This document shows positions 56,506 through 64,000 of a stretch of DNA of 64,000 nucleotides, piece by piece. Under the pieces are notes generated by a model. That model made no database searches, was not told the origin of the DNA, and was given only the letters and a program-made list of their open reading frames with translations. Made by a program: the position numbers and the translations under genes. This DNA is from Candidatus Eiseniibacteriota bacterium. GTDB taxonomy: Bacteria > Eisenbacteria > RBG-16-71-46 > JABDJR01 > JAWXBZ01. Position 1 is the first letter of the stretch. Each line of letters opens with the position of its first letter. The stretch lies in the NCBI GenBank assembly GCA_034440375.1, contig JAWXBZ010000235.1, positions 32,788 to 96,787 on the forward strand, read 5' to 3'.

Positions 56506-56581
56506 GGGGATGTAGCTCAGCTGGGAGAGCGCCTCGTTCGCAACGAGGAGGTCGACGGTTCGATCCCGTTCATCTCCACCA
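56506..56581 (+). tRNA. tRNA-Ala(CGC)
   Basis: GGGGATG acceptor with G3-U70, anticodon loop TTCGCAA, CCA. Confidence 0.95.
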
Positions 56582-56591
56582 AGATGTGTTG

Positions 56592-56632
56592 ACGGGCTCC
56601 GGTCCCATGGGGGCCGGGGCCCGTTGGTTTTT
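56592..56632 (+). terminator. Intrinsic terminator-like hairpin
   Basis: ACGGGCTCCGGTCCC-ATG-GGGGCCGGGGCCCGT then TGGTTTTT. Confidence 0.65.
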
Positions 56633-56642
56633 CCGGAAGATT

Positions 56643-56916
<274 letters not shown>

Positions 56917-57001
56917 AACTACTTCAGCCGGCTGTTCGCCGGCTGATGCTCCTTAGGTTTTTGGTACTGTGTCATCGGCTGTCTCCGCGAGGGTATGACC
57001 C

Positions 57002-58747
57002 ATGGCTTACGTAGTCCTAGCAAGAAAATGGCGCCCCCAACGCTTCGAGGACGTCGTCGGCCAGGAGCACATCACCGGCACGCTGGCCAACGCCATCTCC
57101 CAGAACCGGGTGGCCCACGGCTACCTCTTCTGCGGCCCGCGCGGCGTCGGCAAGACGACCACCGCCCGTATCCTGGCCAAGGCCCTGAACTGTGAAAAGG
57201 GGCCGACCCCCACGCCCTGCAACCAGTGCTCCGTCTGTCGCGATGTCGACCAGGGAACCAGCTTTGACATTCTCGAGGTCGATGGCGCTTCCACTCGAGG
57301 CATCGACGACATTCGCGAATTGCGCGACAACGTCCGCTATACCCCGGCCGGCGGACGGACCAAGGTCTACATCATCGACGAAGTGCACATGCTCACGCGC
57401 GAGGCGTTCAACGCGCTGCTCAAGACGCTCGAGGAGCCACCGCCGCATGTCGTCTTCGTCATGGCCACCACCGAGGCCTTCAAGGTGCCGGCCACGATCC
57501 TTTCCCGCTGCCAGCGTTTCGACTTCGCCCGCATTCATCCCCGGGCGGTCGTGGGTCGCCTGAAGCACATCTGCCAGGCGGAGGGGATCACGATTGACGA
57601 CGACGCCGTGGCGATCCTGGCCAGGCGTTCGGCCGGCGGGCTGCGCGATGCGCTCTCCTCGCTCGACCAGGTGCTGGCCTCCTCCCCCGACGCCACCGAC
57701 ATCAAGATCACCGAGGCCATGGTTGATCGGGTACTCGGTATCCTCTCCAGCGATTTCTACTTCGGCATCACCGACAGGTTGATCGACGGCGATGCCGCCG
57801 GCGCGCTGCAGCTGTTGGATGACGCCTGGCATGGCGGGGCGGATCTATCGGAAGTCACCGAGGAGATGGCCCGCCATTTTCGCAACGTCATGGTGACCTC
57901 GATCAGCGCCGGATCCGATGCCACGCTCGATGACCTGGGGCCGCACGAGATCGCCCGGCTGCGGGAACAGGCCGGCCGGCTGTCGCCAACCGCGGCGGCG
58001 CGCCTGCTCGAGGTGTCGCTGCGCACCTTGAACCTGGCCCGGCGCAGCGAGCAGATCCGTCTCCACCTGGAGATCTCGCTGGTCGAGTTGAGCCAGGTCA
58101 GCCGCGCCCTCTCGCTGGGCGAAGTGGCGAAACGATTGTCGGAAATGGAGCAGCGGCTCGGTGGCGCGCCACCCATGCCGGCGGCCGCGCCTCCGGGCGC
58201 GCCGGCAGCCGCGCCGCGGGCAACAGCTCCAGCAACACCGCTGGCTAATCTCCCGCCAACACCGCCGTCCACACCGGCCGAGCCGGTCATCACCCGGGCG
58301 CCCGGGGATGCCGCATCGCTCTGGAAACGGGCTGTCGGCGTGGTGATGGAGCGGCGGAAGGCGATCGGCTTTTTCTTGGCCGGCAGCCAGGCCAGCGGTT
58401 TCGACGCCGGCGGAAAGTTGATCGTGGCGCCGGATTCCGGCGATCCGATGTCACGCGAGCATCTCGAAGATCCGGACAACCGTCGCTACGTCGAAGAGGT
58501 GTTGCGCGAATTGTCCGGCGCGGCAATCAAGTATCGCGTCGAGGAGGCACGAGGACCATCGTCGAAAGCGGTGAAACCGGCGGCAAAGGTTCCGGCGCCG
58601 GTGACGCCGGAGTCGATCGGGTCCCGACCCCCGTCACCGGCGCCCGACGAGTCGTCGGCGGCCGTGGAGGCACCGGCAACATCCCCAATGGACCATCCGA
58701 TCATCCAGAAGGCTCTCGAACTCTTTGATGGAGAGATCACGTCATGA
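57002..58747 (+). CDS. dnaX: DNA polymerase III gamma/tau
   Basis: LARKWRPQ, GPRGVGKTT, IIDEVHML, NALLKTLEEPP, ILSRCQRF. Confidence 0.96.
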   Translation: MAYVVLARKWRPQRFEDVVGQEHITGTLANAISQNRVAHGYLFCGPRGVGKTTTARILAKALNCEKGPTPTPCNQCSVCRDVDQGTSFDILEVDGASTRGIDDIRELRDNVRYTPAGGRTKVYIIDEVHMLTREAFNALLKTLEEPPPHVVFVMATTEAFKVPATILSRCQRFDFARIHPRAVVGRLKHICQAEGITIDDDAVAILARRSAGGLRDALSSLDQVLASSPDATDIKITEAMVDRVLGILSSDFYFGITDRLIDGDAAGALQLLDDAWHGGADLSEVTEEMARHFRNVMVTSISAGSDATLDDLGPHEIARLREQAGRLSPTAAARLLEVSLRTLNLARRSEQIRLHLEISLVELSQVSRALSLGEVAKRLSEMEQRLGGAPPMPAAAPPGAPAAAPRATAPATPLANLPPTPPSTPAEPVITRAPGDAASLWKRAVGVVMERRKAIGFFLAGSQASGFDAGGKLIVAPDSGDPMSREHLEDPDNRRYVEEVLRELSGAAIKYRVEEARGPSSKAVKPAAKVPAPVTPESIGSRPPSPAPDESSAAVEAPATSPMDHPIIQKALELFDGEITS

Positions 58748-59055
58748 AGTTCAACAGCATGATGAAGCAGGCGCAGGCCATGCAGTCCAAGATGGCCAAG
58801 ATGCAGGACGAACTGGCCGCAATGGAGATCGAGGGAACGGCCGGCGGCGGCATGGTTTCCCTCAAGATGAATGGCAAGCAGGAAGTGCTCTCGATCAAGA
58901 TCAAGCCGGAAGTGGTTAGTCCGGAAGACGTGGACGGCCTCGAGGATCTGATCATGGCCGCCTACAACGATGCGAAGGATCGCGCCGCCGTGCTCATGGA
59001 GGAACACATGAAGAAGGCCACCGGCGGGCTCGGCCTGCCGCCGGGTCTTTTCTAG
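58744..59055 (+). CDS. ybaB: YbaB/EbfC nucleoid-associated protein
   Basis: MMKQAQAMQ, AGGGMV, LEDLIMAAYNDA; synteny. Confidence 0.95.
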   Translation: MKFNSMMKQAQAMQSKMAKMQDELAAMEIEGTAGGGMVSLKMNGKQEVLSIKIKPEVVSPEDVDGLEDLIMAAYNDAKDRAAVLMEEHMKKATGGLGLPPGLF

Positions 59056-59070
59056 GCCGCCGGACTGTTG

Positions 59071-59673
59071 ATGCAGTACTCCAGCCGTATCGTCGAACAG
59101 CTTGTCGAGGAACTGGCACGTCTACCCGGCATTGGGAAAAAGACGGCCCAGCGCCTGGCGTTCCATCTCCTGCGAACTTCGCGGGAGGAAGCGCTTCGGT
59201 TGTCGGATGCCGTGCGCGCGCTCAAGGAACGGGTCGATGCCTGCACGATCTGCGGCAACATCACCGAGGAAGAACCCTGTCTCATCTGCCGGGATCCGCG
59301 GCGGGACAAGGACGTCATCTGCGTCGTCGAGACGCCGGTCGACGTCGTGGCAGTGGAGCAGTCGGGGGCCTTTCGGGGCCAGTATCACGTGCTCGGCGGT
59401 GCCATCAATCCGCTGGACAACGTCGGGCCTGATGACATCCGGGCACACGAGCTCGTCGAACGTGTGCGCATGCACCCCACCCGGGAGGTGATCCTGGCCA
59501 CCAATCCCAACCCGGCCGGTGAAGTCACCGCCAGTTACCTGGCGGAACTCCTAGGCCCTTCGGGCGTCATCGTGACGCGGATTGCGCGCGGCGTGCCGGT
59601 CGGCAGCGACATCGAATATTCCGATCAGGCGACGCTCGCCCGCGCGCTGGAAGGTCGGAAGGGATTGTCGTGA
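59071..59673 (+). CDS. recR: Recombination mediator RecR
   Basis: LPGIGKKTAQRLAF, C4 zinc finger, YHVLGG, EVILATNP, RIARGVPVG. Confidence 0.96.
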   Translation: MQYSSRIVEQLVEELARLPGIGKKTAQRLAFHLLRTSREEALRLSDAVRALKERVDACTICGNITEEEPCLICRDPRRDKDVICVVETPVDVVAVEQSGAFRGQYHVLGGAINPLDNVGPDDIRAHELVERVRMHPTREVILATNPNPAGEVTASYLAELLGPSGVIVTRIARGVPVGSDIEYSDQATLARALEGRKGLS

Positions 59674-59692
59674 GGGGACGGAAGGGACCATC

Positions 59693-60217
59693 ATGAAGGG
59701 CCCCCGATCGTTCGATGGGCCAAGGGCGCCGCTCGTAGCACGGTTGATTGCCACGGTTGGCCACACCGGATTCTTCCCCTGGGCGCCGGCCACGCTGGCC
59801 AGCCTGATCGTGGCGGCGGTCTACTTCATTCTGCCGCCGCTGGCGATATGGGTGCAGGCGATCGCGCTGGTCGTCGTCACACTGGTCGGTATCATTACGG
59901 CCACGATGATGGAGCAGGAGCTGGGGCATGACGCCGGTCCGATCGTCATCGACGAAGTGGCTGGCATGATCATGACCTACCTGCTCGTGCCGATTCCCGA
60001 GGCGATGATGGCGAAACTGGCGGTGCTCGGCGCCGGCTTTGTCTTCTTCCGCATTTTCGACATTTTCAAGCCCTGGCCCGTGGCGCAGTTTCAGAACCTG
60101 CCCGCCGGGCGCGGCGTTGTGGCCGACGACATCATGGCCGGCCTCTACTCGAACATCGCGCTGCAGGGGCTGCTGGCTCTTGGCTTCCTGCGATGGATTT
60201 CAGGCGTCATCGGATGA
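59693..60217 (+). CDS. pgpA: Phosphatidylglycerophosphatase A
   Basis: HDAGPIVIDEVAG, FFRIFDIFKPWP, GVVADDIMAG. Confidence 0.93.
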   Translation: MKGPRSFDGPRAPLVARLIATVGHTGFFPWAPATLASLIVAAVYFILPPLAIWVQAIALVVVTLVGIITATMMEQELGHDAGPIVIDEVAGMIMTYLLVPIPEAMMAKLAVLGAGFVFFRIFDIFKPWPVAQFQNLPAGRGVVADDIMAGLYSNIALQGLLALGFLRWISGVIG

Positions 60218-61497
60218 GCCACCCCGCCGCATCGGGCCTGGCGGCGGTCGAGATCCTGGCGATCGGCAACGAACTCCTCGCCGGCGACATTCTCGACACC
60301 AACTTCCAGGCCCTGGCCCGGGCGCTGCGTGATGTCGGTGCCGTCGTGACGCGTCACCTGACGCTGCCGGACGAGCGGCCGATCATTGCGGCGGCCGTCG
60401 CGGAATCGATCACCCGGGCCGATGCGGTCATTGTGACCGGTGGGCTTGGACCGACACCCGATGATGTGACCCGCTTTGGTGTGGCGGACGGACTCGGCGT
60501 GGCCCTCGTTCATGATGACGCGGCGCTCGAGGTGATCCGCGAGCGTTTTCGTCGATTCGGCGTCGGCACGATGCCGGTGATCAATTCGGTGCAGGCGCTG
60601 TTCCCGGCCGGTGCCGTCATCCTGGACAATCCCAATGGATCGGCGGCCGGATTTCGTTGCGATGGTTCGGGCGCGCGTCGCGCGACGGCATTCGTATTGC
60701 CCGGCCCGCCGGGGGAACTCGTGCCGATGGTCACGGCGCACCTGATCCCCTGGTTTACCGCGCGTGCCGGGACCACCGTCATCGGCACCCGCCGCGTTCG
60801 GACCATCGGCATCGGCGAATCGGCGCTGGCGGAAAAGATCGCCGACTGGCCGTTTGGCCTGACCGAAATCGAGCTCGGCTACTATCCACAGGATCCGGGA
60901 GTCGACCTCAAGCTGACCGCACACGGGGCGACGCCGGAAGTCGTTGACGCCACATTGACTGCCGCGATAGACGGGCTTTTCGGGCATCTGGGCCCTTACA
61001 TCTATAGTGTCGAAGAGCGGGGGGAGGGCCGGACGCCCCTGGCGCAGGTGGTCGGCGCCCGGCTCGTGGAGCGCGCGCAGCGACTGGCCGTGGGGGAGTC
61101 CTGCACCGGGGGACTCCTGGCTGCGATGATCACGGCCATTCCCGGTTCGTCCAACTGGTTCGATGGCGGCGTCATTGCATATGACAATCGGATCAAGATC
61201 GCCGCACTCGACGTGCCAGCGCTGCTGATTGATGCCCATGGCGCCGTGTCGGAGGAGGCGGCCCGCGCGATGGCCGACGGCGTTCGTGCGCGATTCGGCA
61301 TTGATTGGGCGATTGGTGTGACCGGCATTGCCGGGCCAACGGGAGGCACGACCGACAAGCCGGTCGGGCTGGTCTGGATCGCCGTGGCCGGACCGGATGG
61401 CACGACCGTGCATCGGACCCAGCACGGTGGTGATCGCACGACCGTGCAGAAGCGCGCGGCGGCCACCGCGCTGGACCTGTTGCGGCGGCGGCTTTGA
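60214..61497 (+). CDS. cinA: Competence/damage-inducible CinA (MoCF + PncC domains)
   Basis: IGNELLAGDILDTN, TGGLGPTPDDVT, ESCTGG, HGAVSEE, VTGIAGP.GG..DKPVG. Confidence 0.94.
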   Translation: MSHPAASGLAAVEILAIGNELLAGDILDTNFQALARALRDVGAVVTRHLTLPDERPIIAAAVAESITRADAVIVTGGLGPTPDDVTRFGVADGLGVALVHDDAALEVIRERFRRFGVGTMPVINSVQALFPAGAVILDNPNGSAAGFRCDGSGARRATAFVLPGPPGELVPMVTAHLIPWFTARAGTTVIGTRRVRTIGIGESALAEKIADWPFGLTEIELGYYPQDPGVDLKLTAHGATPEVVDATLTAAIDGLFGHLGPYIYSVEERGEGRTPLAQVVGARLVERAQRLAVGESCTGGLLAAMITAIPGSSNWFDGGVIAYDNRIKIAALDVPALLIDAHGAVSEEAARAMADGVRARFGIDWAIGVTGIAGPTGGTTDKPVGLVWIAVAGPDGTTVHRTQHGGDRTTVQKRAAATALDLLRRRL

Positions 61498-61574
61498 GGG
61501 GATAAAGGGAAATTCCGACCCACTTGCTGCTGGAACCGGCTGCCCGGTGAGGGGCGGCGCGCTATACTGGATCA

Positions 61575-62099
61575 ATGACGGAGATCACGATCCTCCTTGC
61601 CATCGGCCTCATCGCCTTGCTGGTCATCTGGCTGGTAGCCCGCAATCTGGAAGACGAGAGGAGCAGCGCGCACTTTCGATGGATCCGCAATTTCTTTCAA
61701 TCATCGCCCGATCGCGGGAATTGGTGGTGGATGGATCGTCGACTGGCCAGGATCCCAGAACTGGCTTCGCTGGATCGGCGTGAGCGACGACGTGTCTATC
61801 TCGAGGCCTGGCAATCATGGAAGATCGACCATCAGGGGCTCTACTGGGGGGGTGCCCTCGGGGCCGGGGCGTGCATTGGTATCGCCCAGCCCTTGGTTGA
61901 ACGACTCTGCGACTGGCTGATGGTACGCTCAAATCAATGGCTGATCGTTGGTCAAATACCCACCGGGCTTTTCGAATTCTCATGCGCCAGCGTGATTTAC
62001 ATGTTCATGTATATGGTCATCTTCTCGTTCACCGAGCGTGGGGTCATAGGGCGCCTGCTGGAGATGGCCCATCGACAGAGCGACCGGACCACCGCCTGA
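61575..62099 (+). CDS. Hypothetical membrane protein
   Basis: Three hydrophobic segments; TATACT 6 nt before ATG. Confidence 0.55.
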   Translation: MTEITILLAIGLIALLVIWLVARNLEDERSSAHFRWIRNFFQSSPDRGNWWWMDRRLARIPELASLDRRERRRVYLEAWQSWKIDHQGLYWGGALGAGACIGIAQPLVERLCDWLMVRSNQWLIVGQIPTGLFEFSCASVIYMFMYMVIFSFTERGVIGRLLEMAHRQSDRTTA

Positions 62100-62130
62100 A
62101 CACCGGCTTTGGCACAGACTTTCAAATCCA

Positions 62131-62487
62131 ATGACTCATCCCGCCACACCCCCCATCCCCACCGGCATCGAAATCGTCGCCGACCGCACCGTCCTCATTC
62201 ACTGGTCGGATCAGACCCGATCGGAACTGACGGCTGTTCTGCTCCGCGCGAAATGTCCCTGCGCTACGTGCGGGCAGGAGACGGGAGGGCCGGACGCCCA
62301 TGCGCCGATCAAATTGGGGCAGGCGCTTCCGATGATGCCGGCGAAGGCTCGACCCGATGTCACGATCAGGGATGTCGAGCAGATCGGGCACTATGCGATC
62401 CGCTTTGGTTTCAGTGACGGGCACAACACGGGGATCTATTCCTATCCGATGCTGCGGGAATTTCAGCCATTGATCGGGGAGAGTTAG
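62131..62487 (+). CDS. DUF971 (GBBH N-terminal-like) protein
   Basis: IHWSD, LRAKCPCATC, IGHYAIRFGFSDGHNTGIYSY. Confidence 0.9.
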   Translation: MTHPATPPIPTGIEIVADRTVLIHWSDQTRSELTAVLLRAKCPCATCGQETGGPDAHAPIKLGQALPMMPAKARPDVTIRDVEQIGHYAIRFGFSDGHNTGIYSYPMLREFQPLIGES

Positions 62488-62621
62488 AGGCGGGGCGGGC
62501 TCGGGTGCGGGCGGGCGGGATGGTATGATCTTCCATTGCGCCCGGTGCCGTTCATCGAGGGATTCACCCATGGTTGGTCGTCTTCCGATTGCCGCTTCCC
62601 GCTTCGCGCGGTTGCGCCTTT

Positions 62622-62640
62622 CCCTATCGGTCCGTTAGAC
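62622..62640 (+). mobile_element. attI-like integron recombination site
   Basis: CCCTATC-5 nt-GTTAGAC resembles attI1 CCCTAAA-5 nt-GTTRRRY; extended -10 TGgTATGAT at 62521-62529 upstream. Confidence 0.5.
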
Positions 62641-62691
62641 GGCAATTGGAAGGCTGAGGTACTCTTTTGGCACTTTTCGAGGGAGGCTCAA

Positions 62692-62916
62692 TTGTCGGAT
62701 TCTAATCTCCCATTTCACCGAGACCGCGACATCATGGGTGGGACCCTTGTCTTTGTCGGCACTCGAGTCCCCGTGCAGACTTTGCTTGAATACCTTGAAG
62801 CTGGCGATCCGCTCGACGAGTTCCTGGTCGACTTCCCGAGCGTTCGACGAGAGCAAACTGTTGCCGCGCTGGAGATTGCCAAGGAGCTGTTGCTCCAGCG
62901 GGTACCGGCAGCATAG
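62692..62916 (+). CDS. DUF433 antitoxin
   Basis: DIMGGTLVFVGTRVPV..LLEYLEAG..LDEFLVDFPSV; GGAGG RBS with TTG start. Confidence 0.9.
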   Translation: MSDSNLPFHRDRDIMGGTLVFVGTRVPVQTLLEYLEAGDPLDEFLVDFPSVRREQTVAALEIAKELLLQRVPAA

Positions 62917-63240
62917 ATGAGGGTGCTGCTCGACGAGTGCATGCCCAAGCGGCTCCGCCGGGATCTTCCAGGAATCGAGGTTTCCACGGTCGCTGACGAA
63001 GGCTGGCTTGGACGCCGCAACGGCGACTTGCTCCGCTCGATGACCGAGGCAGGATTCACGCACTTGGTCACGGTAGATCGAAACCGGGCATTTCAGCAGA
63101 ACGTAGCGGTGGCTGGTGTGGCCGTTATCGTCATGCATGCGAGAACCAACCGGATTGCCGATCTTCGGCCGCTCATGGGGAATGTCATCGAAGTACTGAC
63201 AACGACGGGGCCGGGCCAGGTCATACATGTTGGTGTCTAA
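62917..63240 (+). CDS. DUF5615 PIN-like toxin
   Basis: MRVLLDECMP, GWLGRRNGDLL, LVTVDRN..FQQN. Confidence 0.88.
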   Translation: MRVLLDECMPKRLRRDLPGIEVSTVADEGWLGRRNGDLLRSMTEAGFTHLVTVDRNRAFQQNVAVAGVAVIVMHARTNRIADLRPLMGNVIEVLTTTGPGQVIHVGV

Positions 63241-63300
63241 CCAAGAATTAGGACCAACGAAGCCGTTCACGTCCTCGCGGCTCAATTCTGGCAGCTAGGC
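63235..63300 (+). mobile_element. Integron attC site (slightly degenerate)
   Basis: GTCTAAC over the toxin stop, CCAAGAATT/AATTCTGG and AGCCG/CGGCT arms, end core GCTAGGC. Confidence 0.72.
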
Positions 63301-63318
63301 CGCAATGCGAGGTGAGGC

Positions 63319-64000
63319 GTGACGGTGACTGACCCGCTGGGGATCGATGTCACCAGGGTACCGCTCGACGCGATAGTCAGTCTGCGGGACGAGTATCGCC
63401 GCGCCATGAACTGTCAGATTGTCCACGACTCCTATCACGCGCGCGGATTCACGCATTCGTACCTCATCCGGATGCACGGGCAGGTCGTCGGGTACGGGTC
63501 CGTCGCTGGCGACCCGCAGGGGGCGAAAGAAATCATCAAAGAGTTCTACGTGCTCCCGGTCTGCAAGGGCTCGGCATTGCCGCTCTTTCGAGCACTCATC
63601 GCCGCCACCCAGGCGCGTTGGATCGAGGCGCAGACGAACGACACGCTTCTGTCGCTCATGCTATTCGACTGTGCCGTTGACGTCGTGAGCGACAGGATCC
63701 TGTTCGCAGATGGATGCGTCACGAACCATGCCGCACCAGGAGTCGTGCTCCGATCGGTGACGCCGCGGGACCGAACCGGCATGTTCCCCCATACTACGGA
63801 ACCCGTCGGGGACTGGGGACTTGAGCAGGGTGGTGAGGTTGTCGCCACGGGCGGACTGATGTTCCACTACAACCCACCGTACGGCGACATCCATATGGAG
63901 GTGGCGGCGCCGTATCGCCAGCGGGGCTACGGCAGCTACCTTGTGCAGGAATTGAAGCGGCTCTGCCACGAGATGGGGTGCATTCCGGCCGCGCGCTGCA
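63319..64000 (+). CDS. GNAT acetyltransferase, 3' partial (not in ORF track)
   Basis: Open frame MNCQIVHDS..VGYGSV..FHYNPPYGDIHMEVAAPYRQRGYGSYLVQELKR; GAGGTGAGG RBS. Confidence 0.85.
   Translation, partial: MTVTDPLGIDVTRVPLDAIVSLRDEYRRAMNCQIVHDSYHARGFTHSYLIRMHGQVVGYGSVAGDPQGAKEIIKEFYVLPVCKGSALPLFRALIAATQARWIEAQTNDTLLSLMLFDCAVDVVSDRILFADGCVTNHAAPGVVLRSVTPRDRTGMFPHTTEPVGDWGLEQGGEVVATGGLMFHYNPPYGDIHMEVAAPYRQRGYGSYLVQELKRLCHEMGCIPAARC

Noticed and set aside
57002-58747. dnaX programmed frameshift
   Set aside because: No A-AAA-AAG or poly-A slippery site seen

Overview
GC-rich bacterial chromosomal window, mostly housekeeping and envelope genes. Secreted FG-GAP proteins with FlgD-like tails suggest a Latescibacterota/Eisenbacteria-like lineage (inference only). 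Core content: PP2C phosphatase, lipoprotein MsrB-MsrA, comM, iscS-mnmA, uup, yaeQ, three cyclophilins, an arginine operon, tadA, Ser/Thr kinase, M16 peptidase, PIG-L/SSS cluster, five tRNAs, a large Alu-type SRP RNA, dnaX-ybaB-recR-pgpA-cinA and three PIN-type toxin-antitoxin pairs. Signals the ORF track misses or does not explain: (1) an exported thioredoxin-TPR protein whose active site reads WAPW-TGA-HSC, a likely UxxC selenoprotein; (2) an attI-like site, a TA gene cassette bounded by complementary GTTAGAC/GTCTAAC cores, an attC and a following GNAT gene, with no adjacent integrase; (3) a NhaR-divergent unit of carbonic anhydrase, GGQ-less eRF1-like protein and TerC; (4) an arg operon with ArgB-ArgD and ArgH-ArgA fusions and an in-frame, catalytically gutted mini-ArgF; (5) several apparently leaderless genes. 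All calls come from reading motifs by eye; no searches were run.
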